A stretch of DNA of 63,206 nt, counting the filler, from Octopus bimaculoides (Eukaryota): NCBI RefSeq assembly GCF_001194135.2. It is 6 parts of 6 records of this genome, joined end to end, with 100 filler letters (N's around TTAATTAATTAA, not from the genome) between each part and the next. Parts side by side here need not be neighbours in the genome. Positions count along the whole stretch, not along the records: positions 42,638 to 52,750 come from NC_068997.1; positions 52,851 to 59,606 come from NW_026306494.1; positions 59,707 to 63,206 come from NW_026316310.1; 3 more parts are not named here. One strand, written 5' to 3'. The notes under the pieces were generated by a model, which was not told where the DNA came from, did no database searches, and saw only the letters and a program-made list of their open reading frames with translations. Shown here in pieces: positions 49,917 to 63,115 of the stretch. Both the position numbers and the translations under genes were made by a program. How positions within the stretch are numbered: the stretch's first letter is position 1; each line of letters starts with the position of its first letter.

Positions 49917-52674
49917 GTCTTTACCCGGTATGCCTTTGAAATTTTTGTTTTCGACATCAATATCTTTGGAATATGTCTTTGATAGATATATCTTTCATTC
50001 TTCGCATGTAGAGCTTTCCAGTGTATATCATTTACTTAAAGACTGTAGGAAACACGTGCCAATATTCTTGGGCATGTTGAAGTAAAGATAGAAGAAACTA
50101 CGGCTCTGACTATATCCCTCGCCCAATTGCTTGCGACAGAATTGACTCCACTAAAGATACCTTACCCTATAACCAGCTGGTGGTGTTAATCTGGACGACT
50201 TATGAAGTCTCCCATCCAATTATAATTACAGGTTATCCAAATTTTATTCAGGATACTGTTCAACATAAAGTTACAATAGAAGATGCTGAATGTGTAATAT
50301 AAGTCGATTGAAGTGGAAACCACGTGATCGTGAAGCAAACTTTTTAACCACATACTGTTATATCTGCATATTATTTTCCTTGGCATCAATAAATTTCCTA
50401 TCTAAACCATTGGCCTCTAGGTATTTGTCATTTGGGGATCGGCAGCTAGATTTTTGATCTAGTCATCTTTGACTTATCAGAACTCTTTCTATGTAGCTAT
50501 AACTCCGACAGTCAAATGTTATATACTTTGACTTACGGCAGTCAATGTTAAGAATGTTTTAAAGATATAGTTCTTCAACATTCATAACATTCATGTCTCT
50601 GGCATTATTATATTTCCGACCGTTGACACTTTAACAACTCAGAAATCTTCAAGCCCTTAAATATCGCTGACACATGTCGTTCCCTTTTAAATATACATCC
50701 TATTTGATACATCAACCAACTTCAGCGTCATGGCAAATGTGTATGTGTACGAGGACGATCAAAGATCGTTTCTGCTTTATGATATATTGTAAATGAAACA
50801 TTCCTTGATCGAACAGCCTCGAGCGTTGCTAATGCTGTTAAGCATAGTTCCCAGATACTGGGATATCTGAGAACTAATGCCAACCAATATTAGTTATTAA
50901 TCGACTCTGGTCGATTAGTAGATTCGGTAGAGAACTGGACAAACTATCAGGTGGCATGAAGTAACTTCCTTTTACATTCTAAGTTCAATAATCACTGAGG
51001 TCAAATTTGCCTTTCAGCCTTTCATTGTCGATACAATAAATACCAGTGAAAAACTGAGAATCATTATAATCAGATTTCCTCGCTCCCTCTCTTAAGCTTG
51101 GGCGTGTAGCCATGTTAGAATTATGTAATGGACATTATCGTTCGTTTTACCTCATATTACAACTACTTCAGTGCTATTTGCCATTTTTTCATGCATACCT
51201 TATATATATATACAGACCCAAAGATATAGCCTATGTGTATATGGATGTGTGCAAAAGAGTGTATACGTGTGCGCATGTTTGTGTATATGCACGCGTGCTT
51301 GCTTGCGCATGCATGCGTGTGTTGTTCCCCTTTACACCTCTCTCCTTAGGGTGATGCGTCTCTTTATAACACAACCTTGATAAGTTGATAGGGAGATCCG
51401 AGTTGTCAGTGGCTGGCGGAAAGAACCCCGGAAATCTCTACCCAACAATCATGTCAATGCGATCCAGAAGAATGCACAGCAATACAATTTGCCCTGGATG
51501 ATCTTCAGGATAGAAAGACCTAAAAGTGGGCAAGCAGTGTCTGTAATGAAACACGAACTTGCAATCCAGAAATCACGACTCCAGTACCTCATTCATTCGG
51601 CCACTGTGCCTCACAACATATTCATTTATATATATCCATATATATATATATATATATATATANNNNNNNNNNNNNNNNNNNNNNNNNNNNNNNNNNNNNN
51701 NNNNNNNNNNNNNNNNNNNNNNNNNNNNNNNNNNNNNNNNNNNNNNNNNNNNNNNNNNNNNNNNNNNNNNNNNNNNNNNNNNNNNNNNNNNNNNNNNNNN
51801 NNNNNNNNNNNNNNNNNNNNNNNNNNNNNNNNNNNNNNNNNNNNNNNNNNNNNNNNNNNNNNNNNNNNNNNNNNNNNNNNNNNNNNNNNNNNNNNNNNNN
51901 NNNNNNNNNNNNNNNNNNNNNNNNNNNNNNNNNNNNNNNNNNNNNNNNNNNNNNNNNNNNNNNNNNNNNNNNNNNNNNNNNNNNNNNNNNNNNNNNNNNN
52001 NNNNNNNNNNNNNNNNNNNNNNNNNNNNNNNNNNNNNNNNNNNNNNNNNNNNNNNNNNNNNNNNNNNNNNNNNNNNNNNNNNNNNNNNNNNNNNNNNNNN
52101 NNNNNNNNNNNNNNNNNNNNNNNNNNNNNNNNNNNNNNNNNNNNNNNNNNNNNNNNNNNNNNNNNNNNNNNNNNNNNNNNNNNNNNNNNNNNNNNNNNNN
52201 NNNNNNNNNNNNNNNNNNNNNNNNNNNNNNNNNNNNNNNNNNNNNNNNNNNNNNNNNNNNNNNNNNNNNNNNNNNNNNNNNNNNNNNNNNNNNNNNNNNN
52301 NNNNNNNNNNNNNNNNNNNNNNNNNNNNNNNNNNNNNNNNNNNNNATATATATATATATATATACATATATAAACATTCTTATAAACACACATGCTTATA
52401 TTGAAAATGTAGATATATCCGTGTGTGAGTGGGTGCGAGTGTTCATATACATATATGTGTGTGGCCGCGTGTGTGAGTGAGTATGTTCATATACATATGT
52501 GTGTGTGCGTGCGTGTGTGTTTGTGTGTATGAATGTGTATACACACGCATATATATGTTTTAGAAATGCAGTATGTATATACATTTATCTTGATTACATT
52601 ATTAATATATGTAAATATAAATATATATGCACATGTACACATACGTGCATATATTGAGAATGTGGATACATGCT

Positions 52675-52726
<52 letters not shown>

Positions 52727-53526
52727 GCATATATATACATACGTATATGTNNNNNNNNNNNNNNNNNNNNNNNNNNNNNNNNNNNNNNNNNNNNTTAATT
52801 AATTAANNNNNNNNNNNNNNNNNNNNNNNNNNNNNNNNNNNNNNNNNNNNATATGTTGAATAAAATCATAATTAACTGATCGTCCTGTATTTTCTTTTAC
52901 GCAAAGCCAAGAACTTTCCAGCACCCCCTTGTATATACACACACACACAATAATGCAGTGACATATACACATAGTTACAGCCATATATATACACACACAG
53001 TTATAAACATGCACATATATATATATATATACACACACACATATTTACACATAAATACACTCACATAATTACACACAAATTATATAATTCCATTATATAA
53101 TTTCACACGGAACCGATCAGCCTTGGTGGATAATTAGCACTATGAAATTCAGACAATATACGCACACATAAATATACACACCGGAGGTGCATACGTACAC
53201 ACATATATACACATAAATAAGCTTAAATTCTAAGGCATTTCTGCCAAGACCATGCGATTTGTTTGTTCTTGTTTGGGGGGGTGATTTGTTATTTTGGGGG
53301 TAGAAAAGGGCCTTGTGTATCTAAGAGTATATGATCCGATGTATTCTCTTAATTTATAATAATTATATATTTGATAGTACAATCAGGTAGTGTGCGATAT
53401 TTGGCTATTGTTTCTAGCAAGGCGGAAGACCACATGTACAGGTTCCCTTTTTTGGCTCCAAACATGCGTCGGTATATGTATACAAATATATACACATGCG
53501 TGCGTGTGCGTATGTGGCACACGTAC

Positions 53527-53561
<35 letters not shown>

Positions 53562-53571
53562 NNNNNNNNNN

Positions 53572-53604
<33 letters not shown>

Positions 53605-53609
53605 TGTTT

Positions 53610-53806
53610 ACCGCATCGGATAAAATGCTTGGCAGCTTATTTCGTCGATCCGTTACATTCTGGGTTCAAATTCCGCGGGGGATCCACTTTTCCTTTCGTC
53701 CCTTCCGGGTCGATAAAAATAAGTACCAGCCCGTACTGGGATCAATGTGATCGACTTAAACCCCCCTACCCTGAAATTGCTGGCCTTGTGCCAAAATTTG
53801 AAACCA
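53610..53806 (+). mobile_element. SINE family A
   Basis: AAATGCTTGGC...GGGTTCAAATTCCG...GGGTCGATAAAAATAAGTACCAG...AAATTGCTGGCCTTGTGCCAAAATTTGAAACC. Confidence 0.8.
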
Positions 53807-54140
53807 ATATATATATATGTATATATACAAATATGTGTCTATATACATACATACATATGCACAACTTTATCTCTCCATACTTTGAAGGGGCATTATATAT
53901 ATATATATAATGTCCCAATCGTAGGTCCTGAACTGCTTCCCCCGACATATATCTGTTCATATATACTCCGTCTAATGTGATCAGCTAGTAATAGTTATTC
54001 TGTAGCGCACCGTCCCAAGCTGACCACAATAAATGGCTTGCATGTGTCTTATATAACATGCAGCCGCTTATAGTGGTCAGACTGGGAAGATGACCTCGAA
54101 AGCAACATTAACCGGCTGACACACATGTCTGCAGTTTTGC

Positions 54141-54196
<56 letters not shown>

Positions 54197-54569
54197 ATTA
54201 TAAATATATATACACACATTTTTTTCTCACACACATCCATACCCACACAGACATATACACGCACATATACAAACACATATATATATGCACATATTTATAC
54301 ATACACACACACACACACGCATAACTTATATAAATGCGCGCACATATATACGCATCCATGCACAAATATATATATATATATTAATCAAACAAAAACATAA
54401 GTCAAATGTATAATGTAAAGAATACCACAGGTGTATATGTATATTCGTCATACCTAAACACAGACAGATTTGCATATTCTTAAGTGTGTATAAGTGTATA
54501 CAAGAAAGAAACAAAAAAAATTAAAATAAAATAAAGATCTGCAGAGATCATGAGTTGTAAATACCTTAC

Positions 54570-54850
54570 CTGGGATCGAACTCTCAAACGATGGCAGCTA
54601 AAACAAACACTTTGTTATATAAAAGAAGAAATCCGCGTTAAAATGTCTTTATATACGTTGTATATATATATATGTATTATATAAGGTTCTTGGTGGTTCT
54701 GGTGGTGCTTAATGCGTAACCGGTTAGGTATATATAGTTCATGAAAGGGGTAGATGCAGGGGGGTGGCCGCGAAAGCGATCGTCGCAGAGTGTAGGATCG
54801 AGTTCGGCGCGAGGAGGTTGCTTGACTGGAAACGGAGAAAGTGACAGGCG
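54570..54850 (-). promoter_or_regulatory. Candidate TSS and non-coding first exon of a minus-strand transcript
   Basis: Strong donor CCCAG|GTAAGG at 54570/54569; CpG-rich unique sequence at 54760-54850 with Inr-like TCACT/CCAGT motifs; only a short uORF. The 5' boundary is a guess. Confidence 0.35.
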
Positions 54851-54889
54851 ACAGTGAGGACGGGTTGGAGTGAAGGTGGGGGGGAGGGA

Positions 54890-55114
54890 AAGAAGCGCGT
54901 GTGTGAGAGCGTGTATGTGTGAGAGGGTGAGTAAGTGGGGGAGGGAATGGAGGATAGCAGAGAGTGAGAGAAAGAGAGACTGAGACTATGAGTGAAGAGT
55001 GTTCGTAGGAGTGAAAAAGAGAGAGAGACAGAGACAATAAGCGAAGAGTGTTCGTAAGAGAAAAAGAAAGTATGAAAGTGAGAGTAAAAATGTGTGCGTG
55101 TGTATGTGTATAAA

Positions 55115-55145
<31 letters not shown>

Positions 55146-56350
55146 ACAAAGAGACAAGAAAGGAAGGTAGGAAGAAAGAGTTTGTGAGAATGGGAGACAG
55201 AGAATATATGAATGAAAGAGTATTTGTGTGTGTGTGTGTGTGTGTGTATAAATATATGACTTTGCGTGTGTAAGTGTGAGAGAGAGAGAGAGAAAGAGAG
55301 AACGAATGAGTGAAGATGAGAGAGAAAGTATGAGCGAAGACAGACAGAGAGAGAGAGAGAGCGTGTGGAGTAAGTATGTGTGTGTAAGAGAGAGAGAAAG
55401 GGAGTGAGTGGTAAAAAAAAAGAGAGTATATGTGAAGAGAGAGTGTTTGGAAGAAAGAGAGAATGCGTGAATGAGGGAGTAAATGATGAGTGTATATATA
55501 TTTATGTATGTATATTGATGAGTGAGTGTATAAATGTGTGCGAAAGAAAAATGTGAGACGGTGATAGAGAGAGCATGTGTGATGCGAGGTGAGAGAGTGA
55601 GTGCGAGAAAGTAAAAAAGACAAAGATTATAAGAAAAAAGAGAGAGAGAGAAAGACTGTTTTGGTGAGAGACAGACAGAGAGATATAGACAGGTGTAAAT
55701 GATGAAAGAGAGGGTGTAAGAGATAGGTATAAGTACGTTGTGAGAGCGGATAAGGAGAGAAAGTGAGAGATAGGTAATAAATAGGTGATGATTCAGAGAG
55801 AGAAAAACTTGAGTGGCGATAGAGGCTGGGCAGGAGTGACAGGCAGAGGAAAAAAGGAAGATATATATATAGACATAAGGGAGGGAGAAGGCCTTGCATG
55901 CGTGTATGCGAAGGGGAGAATATATATATGAGCGGGAAAGGCGTCAAGAACGATAAAATACATGCAATGAGAGAGGAGGATAAAGAAAAAGGTAAGGAAA
56001 GAATGGTAAAGAAAGAGAATAGGTAAATGAAAAGAGAGATGGGCGGAGGAAAAGCGATAAAGTAAGATGGACAGAGAAAGAGCAAGGGAAAGAGTTGGCA
56101 GTGAGAGAAGGAGGTAAATGGAAGGGATAAAGATGAGTGTGATAGATAGATAGAGAGAGAGAGAGAGAGGGAGAGAGAGACGGACGGGGTAAATAAATTG
56201 ATAGATCCAGGTATACGTGCGTGTTATGAGAGAGGGGCGAGGAAAAACGATAATTGATAGACAAAGAGATGGTGGGAGGGAAACTTTGAGAGGGGGAGGA
56301 GTTAAAAAGTGGCGAGAGAGAGAGAGAGAAAGAAGTGACGTTTATATTTC
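54890..56350. repeat. About 1.4-kb imperfect GA-rich polypurine tract
   Basis: Plus strand is overwhelmingly A/G with scattered (GA)n and (TG)n; the ORFs here are low-complexity artefacts. Confidence 0.85.
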
Positions 56351-57714
56351 TCGACCATGTGGTTTCGTGTATATGTCTTGAGCGCGGCGCCTTGGCCAAA
56401 CGTGTATATATATATATAAATAAATATATATATGTCATGTCGGCGGAAGTAAAGAACACGAACACACACACACCAACCGCTTTTGGCGTAACCATGACTC
56501 TAAGCACCCGGTGTGCGTAGTCTTTACCTTCGCCGATGTGTTATGTCTACGTGTAATATTATATTGAATCTGTGAATGTGCGTATATTGGCGTTGGTCCC
56601 CCACTACCACCACCACCGTTTGACAACCGGTGCCGGTTTGTTTACGTCCCCGTAAACTTGGCGGGTTCTGCTGCAGAGAGACCGATCAAATCTTTTCTTG
56701 TTTGATCGTTTACTTGTTTCAATGATCGGACTATACGGCCATGCTGGAACGCCGCCGGCACTATCACGCTATTAGATGTCAGAAGTGAAAGTAGTCGCTG
56801 TCTGTCTGCCTGTCTGCCTGCATGCCTGTTGCTGGTCTGTCAGCCTGCTTGCCTGTCTGCCTGCTTGCGTGCTGAGCTATCTGTCTGTCTGTCTGTCTGT
56901 CTGCTGGTTTGAGTTGATACTTTGGCTTACTTACTTACTGATATCTATCTACTATGTATCTATCTATCAATTATTAGAAAACACAAATTTAATATAAAAA
57001 CATTTTCCTGAAATTGCAAATTATTTAAAATATAAAAATATAATTTTCAACAGNNNNNNNNNNNNNNNNNNNNNNNNNNNNNNNNNNNNNNNNNNNNNNN
57101 NNNNNNNNNNNNNNNNNNNNNNNNNNNNNNNNNNNNNNNNNNNNNNNNNNNNNNNNNNNNNNNNNNNNNNNNNNNNNNNNNNNNNNNNNNNNNNNNNNNN
57201 NNNNNNNNNNNNNNNNNNNNNNNNNNNNNNNNNNNNNNNNNNNNNNNNNNNNNNNNNNNNNNNNNNNNNNNNNNNNNNNNNNNNNNNNNNNNNNNNNNNN
57301 NNNNNNNNNNNNNNNNNNNNNNNNNNNNNNNNNNNNNNNNNNNNNNNNNNNNNNNNNNNNNNNNNNNNNNNNNNNNNNNNNNNNNNNNNNNNNNNNNNNN
57401 NNNNNNNNNNNNNNNNNNNNNNNNNNNNNNNNNNNNNNNNNNNNNNNNNNNNNNNNNNNNNNNNNNNNNNNNNNNNNNNNNNNNNNNNNNNNNNNNNNNN
57501 NNNNNNNNNNNNNNNNNNNNNNNNNNNNNNNNNNNNNNNNNNNNNNNNNNNNNNNNNNNNNNNNNNNNNNNNNNNNNNNNNNNNNNNNNNNNNNNNNNGG
57601 GGGGGGGGGGCGGACAAACACAGACACAAATATCTTTTCTTTCATTCATTTGATTGCGGCCATGCTGGAACACCACCTTAAAGAGTTTTCCGTCAAAGAA
57701 ATCGACTCCAGCCT

Positions 57715-57893
57715 ACCTGTAATTTCCCAACTCAACTGTAATTTTTCAACTCAACTGTAATCTCCCAGCTCACCTGTAATTCTTCAACTCACCTGTAATT
57801 TCCCAGCTCACCTGTAATTCAACTAACCTGTAATTTTTCAACTCACCTGTAATTTCCCAGCTCACCTGTAATTTTTCAACTCAACTGTAATTT
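57715..57893. repeat. 19-bp minisatellite (CCTGTAATTTCCCAGCTCA / ACTGTAATTTTTCAACTCA) x about 9
   Basis: CTGTAA at 57717, 57736, 57755, 57774...; one shortened unit. Confidence 0.9.
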
Positions 57894-58015
57894 TGTTGCT
57901 TCGCCAGTAACACCTGACCTTGTACGTGACATGTTTGAGTCGGACCTTCTACAGCCAAGTCAACAATGAAAAATTTCAACAGTTTCTTCTTTTTCCTTTC
58001 ATTCTAAAACTGAAG

Positions 58016-58269
58016 CCATGTGCCGGCTTCGGTACGACTTGCTACAGGAAACGAGTTTAAACGTGGTCACCAGGTGAATACAACCGAAATGGTTTTGCTC
58101 ACGAAGAACAAACATTTTGCTTGATAGAGTACGTCATTCTTTTATTTCTGGCTTTCTTTAGCAAAACAGAAGATTGTTTGATATGGTCCAAAAACCTGAT
58201 CCTCAAATAAGAAACAAAAGCAATATGTCAAACAATTCAGTTGAACTTCCTGCAGAAAAAGAAGAAAAG
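58016..58269 (+). CDS. Candidate pair of exons (58016-58073 and 58162-58269) separated by an 88-nt intron
   Basis: Donor CAG|GTGAAT, acceptor TTTCTTTAG|. The 108-nt exon is open only in phase 0 (QNRRLFDMVQKPDPQIRNKSNMSNNSVELPAEKEEK) and ends AAG|GTGTGA. No homolog recognised. Confidence 0.3.
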
Positions 58270-58409
58270 GTGTGAAACAAGATTTTCTTTACAAATTCTA
58301 ATTGTTCGTCAGCACACTTGTTTGGTGTCATTCTTGCAATTGTGGAAAGGAGGGGGGCTTAATTAATGCTTTAGATCTTCGCTTCTCTCTTTCACGATAT
58401 ATCAGTCAT

Positions 58410-58695
58410 TGGTGAAGGTGCATAGATCAGGCTGCATGTTGTGCTCTTGAGCAAGACCCTTCATTTCACGTTGCTCCAGTTCACTCAGCTGTAGAAATGA
58501 GTTGCGACGTCACAGGTGCCAAGCTGTATCGGCCCCTTTGGTTTTTACCTTCGATAACATCAGTGGTGTGAAGATGGTGGAGGCTGGTATGCATGGGCGA
58601 CTGCTGGTCTTCTATAAATAACTTTGCCTGGACTTGTGCCTTGGAAGGGAACTTTCTAGGTGCAATCCTATGGTTATTCATGATTGAAGAGGTTC
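58410..58695 (+). mobile_element. SINE family E body
   Basis: TTGTGCTCTTGAGCAAGAC..TTCATTTCACGTTGCTCCAGTTCACTCAGCTG, sharing its 5' block with 31870-31930 but with a different 3' body. Confidence 0.6.
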
Positions 58696-58699
58696 TGCA

Positions 58700-59095
58700 G
58701 GCGCAGGAGTGGCTGTGTGGTAAATAGCTTGCTTACCAACCACATGGTTCCGGGTTCATTCCCACTGTGTGGCACCTTGGGCAAGTGTCTTCTATTATAG
58801 CCTCGGGCTGACCAAAGCCTTGTGAGTGGATTTGGTAGACGGAAACTGAAAGAAGCCCGTCGTATATGTGTGTATGTGTGTGTATATGTTTGTGTGTCTG
58901 TGTTTGTCCCCGCAACATCGCTTGACAACTGATGCTGGTGCGTTTACGTCCCCGTAACATAGCGGTTCAGCAAAAAGAGACCGATAGAATAAGCACTAGG
59001 CTTACAAAGAATAAGTCCCGGGATCGATTTGCTCGACTAAAGGCGGTGCTGCAGCATGGCCGCAGTCAAAATGACTGAAACGAATAAAAGAATAA
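58700..59095 (+). mobile_element. SINE family B, full length, ungapped
   Basis: Head, CORE-like block, short TG linker and complete 3' module; the best local reference copy. Confidence 0.9.
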
Positions 59096-59706
59096 CAAAA
59101 TGTCTGTGGGCTACTCGGCCACTTGCACCTTAAGTTCCATTGATCAGATCAATTAGAACCCTTGTCCTTGTAACCGACGGAGTGTCTGTTATTATAAAAT
59201 GTTTTGGATTAAAAGCACCAAATTTGGAGATTTCCTTTTGTAAAATACCGAAATCTTTTACCTGTATTATTTAAAACAAGATTCTGTGAATGTTACATAG
59301 TGTTCAGGTATGAATTTCTTACAAGCATCAAATATTCCTCAAAAATTCAACATGGTGTGTCTGTTTTTGACACTGCGCTGGTGGTGGTCTGTATTAATAT
59401 CATATTTGCAAGCAAGCTTCTTCGCTGTTTCTTCAGTCTGTTTGAACTGAGAATTCATATTCATTTCACGTGTTTGCCATATATTTTTACAAAATACTGA
59501 ATCAGGCAAAAAGCTGCTACCATATCTAGAATGTATGTGGCTGTGGAGTAAGAAGTTTGCTTCCCAACCACACGGTTCTGGGTTCAGTCCCACTGCATGG
59601 CACCTTNNNNNNNNNNNNNNNNNNNNNNNNNNNNNNNNNNNNNNNNNNNNTTAATTAATTAANNNNNNNNNNNNNNNNNNNNNNNNNNNNNNNNNNNNNN
59701 NNNNNN

Positions 59707-60760
59707 CCAGAAGGAGTTTGTCTTCTTGTGAAGGAGCTTCTGTGATGTTTACTGCTTCTCCTCTCATGTCTCTGTATACTGCTGCCTGGTTCCGGTTAAA
59801 TTTTTTGTTTATTGTTCTTCTCTCGGTTATTCTCTTCTGATGTCGGAGTTCTTCACTGACAGCTTTTAGCTTTTGCTTGAGGACAATCAGTTTGGAAGTG
59901 AGTGTCCTCTTTTTTGCTATCTCCAAACATCATTTCTATCTCCTTCTTTACTTTCTGTTGCTGGGACGTATAGTAGTTTGCTTGTTTGCGTGCAATAAGC
60001 ATCATTACCTTACTGATGGTCTTCCGTAAACCAGTTATCTTTTTCTCTGTCTTCAAAACCCATGATGGTACTTTCTTTGTTATTTCGGTTTTGTTTACTT
60101 TTTGAATATCATTCATGTACTGTTTAAATAATAGCCAGAGCATATAGATAGACGTTAATCTACCAGTATGTGGGTTCACCGCACTATTCTAAATGCTCAT
60201 CACCACTTTCAGTAACAGCTTTTAATACCGTATCTGGTGGTTTTTACTTACTTTGGTAGAGAATACTCTCTCTTCGAGAGAATACTTCAAAGCCAGTTAT
60301 TTTTTCTCGGGTAATTTCAGTAAGGGTACATTTCTCCGGCATATAATCCCGACTACATTACTACTACAATAATCATTGCGGTTGTGCCTGCTATTTACCA
60401 TAGTCGTAGTAGGGGGACAGTTGTCAGTTACTTGAGTCAGTAATGTAGTTGGGATCGCAAGAAACTGTGGAATCTGTTGGAATGTTGCTAGCTGCCAAAC
60501 CACGTGATGGCCATACATCATTTACGTTTTTGCTTTTGCTTATAGTGTTGGGAAGAAGGTTAATTTTCGATTTTTAATAAAGTTACAGTTATTAATCTTC
60601 TTCCTATATTCTACAAATGTTGCTTGTTGGCATAGTTGCTTCGCAGTAAAATGATTTAATTCTGGATGCAGATCGTCCCAATATGATTTCAATCGATTCA
60701 TATAGCTAACAATAGGGTTTTGTTTTGCTTTTTTTGTAGCAGTTAAATAGATCAATATTC
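59707..60760 (-). mobile_element. R4/Dong-type retrotransposon ORF, N-terminal region, frameshifted
   Basis: Consecutive minus ORFs: YMNRLKSYWDDLHPELNHFTAKQL; KVPSWVLKTEKKITGLRKTISKV; LKQKLKAVSEELRHQKRITERRTINKKFNRNQAAVYRDMRG...APSQED. These are typical of the pre-RT region of R4/Dong ORFs. Confidence 0.7.
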
Positions 60761-61428
60761 AATTCATAGCTCCAAGAGAAATGAATTTTGTAATTACAGT
60801 TTCTTTTATAACTATAATTTAAATACCATTAAACATACATGCACATGTACTTATTAATGATTAATTCGTTAGTCAGCATTGCTGAGTTGAAATCTTCATA
60901 TGCTCATAAGAACTACTTGAAGACAGTGTATTCAGATGAATACACCACAGTGTCTCTCAGCCTTCTTATTAGATCCAAGCTTTCTTCATAACTATATAAT
61001 GGCTAAAGTACCACGGTACACCTTATATTTAAGAAAGCCTTTCATTAGTTGAAAACCAGTATGTTTCTAGGCATACTTTCTTTCTTGCTTTCAGTCATAC
61101 CCTGTCTTCCATTTTCCTTATTCTTGTGTTTCTTATTAATCTTTGCTTCTATTTTTTGAGTCAGGTTATCTTGCAGTGTCATAGATAAGAGTTGTAAGCC
61201 AGCCAAGATCAGTTGGATGTCAGACATCTGGCCAAAGTGTTCAGGACTTTTATCTTGGTAGTGGTGTTAATGAGACCTTTATCTCTTGATGACAGAAACC
61301 TAGACCTAAGTATATACTTTCTGGCAGATATATTACCATGCTACGTGCAAATGCAGCAGTAACTACAACAACGATATTGCATATTGAAGAGTTGCATGTA
61401 GATTTGGTTTATACTAGAAACATTGGAA

Positions 61429-61463
<35 letters not shown>

Positions 61464-62721
61464 TTAATGTCAAAGGTGTCGAAACCACGATGAAATTTAA
61501 TTGACAGTTGATGAAGGGAATTTATGTTTCTCCTACTTTTTTTTCTTTTTTACATCTTTCTGAATAAACTCTATTTCTTCTTGCAGTTCATGCCTTGTTG
61601 GAACTGAACGACTATACTTTTGCTTAGCTTATCAGTTGCTAACCTTCTCTGTAAATGTTATGCATTCGTTTCTTGTTTTGTCTTATTTTTATGTTGTTCT
61701 GTTCAACTTTTTGGTGTGTGTATACGTGTGTATGTACACACACACACACACACACACACACACTTTAAACGAGGAAAGTAGAGTCAAATTGCCATCACAA
61801 CTGTTTCCATAAATGGACTATATCAGACTCTTGCATTCACAGGTTTCGAACTGAAAGACAGGGACCAGTAGCAATATCAACGCAACCCTGATCATTACAT
61901 CACACTATTAAACATGTAAGTGGTCGTTCATCCTATTAGATATAGCAGCAACGTTTCTGAAATCATACTCTTCTCTTGAAAAGAAGCATTCGATTATTGT
62001 CTTACATGCTCCTACTTACTACAACGACAGGGCTGTCACTGGACGGAATATCTTTCAGTATAGTTTTACTCGACTTGGCGTTAAACAACAAAATCAGTAA
62101 CAAGATCAGATACCCTTCACTTCATTCACACCAGGCTTCCTGATTTCCCTTGTTTTTGTTTTTGTACTTGTTTTTATTGATGCTGGTAAGATGAAAGAAT
62201 TAAGTGGGATTAGACCATGTGTAAATAACCTTTTTCGAGAAGCATGTCGCACGAAACATGACTCACCATTAGGTGGGCTGCAAAACTATGAAAGTCAAGT
62301 TAATTTTTGATTAGGCCAGCTACTCAGAAAGTTCCTCGGCCCGCAGTTTGCCCATGACCAGTTTTGACATCATGTTTCTGATTTGTAAGTAATCAAACAA
62401 TTCAGATGAGTTACTTCCCTTCCATAACAGGCGCTAGTATAATTATTTGCAGCTTCGCAACTATCTTCTTTGACAATGTCAGAGTTATTTCCCTTAGATC
62501 AGAACATCAATCTTCATTTGTGCCTGAAATCTCTATCAAGTTTTCGCTTTTGTATTTTTAATTTATTCAAAAAAAACTTTTTAGTTAGAGGAGCGAAAAC
62601 ATACTTCATGTCCCTTTTTAGGGTCTCCGAGATTGATGTAATAATGGGAAGAAGGAAGTTACTTACTGGCCAGAGGATTGTTGTTTAGATACAATTCTGT
62701 CGCAATTGAATAATAATGGTT

Positions 62722-63115
62722 TAAAATTTTGGCACAAGACCAGTAATTTTAGGGTATGGGATAAATCGATTATCCCAGTACTTGAAACTGGTACTTTATT
62801 TTATCGATCCTCAGAGGATACAAAATCGAAAATGATCTCGGCGTTATTTGAACTCGGAATGTTAAGAACCGACAGAAATGCCGCTAAGTATTTTGCTTGA
62901 CATGCTAACAGTTCTGCCGGCTCGCTGCTTTAATTTCTACTAAAATTTTGGTAGTGGAGGTTATTCGATTATATCGACTCCAGTGCTCAACTGGTATATA
63001 TTTTATCGACCTGAAAGGATGCAAGGTAAAGTCTACCACGATGGAATTTGTACTCAGGATGTAAAAGAGGAAGAAATGCTAAGCATTTCGTCCAGCAGAC
63101 TAACGATTCTATCAG
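62722..63115 (-). mobile_element. Two tandem degraded SINE family A copies (62722-62930, 62945-63115)
   Basis: Each shows AACTGGTA...TTTATCGA, ATTTG.ACTC, GCTAAG.ATTT, CTAAC..TTCT. Confidence 0.7.

Noticed and set aside
54615-56507. Long ORFs of 150-294 aa
   Set aside because: They are translations of CT/GA low-complexity DNA. The same applies to microsatellite- and N-spanning ORFs across the track.
60900-61330. Possible RTE C-terminal remnant; also FAGHLWR near 32445
   Set aside because: Similarity is too weak and fragmentary to call without a search.
62330-62360. GGCCCGCAGTTTGCCCATGACCAG resembling a hAT-Charlie terminus
   Set aside because: No matching opposite TIR found.
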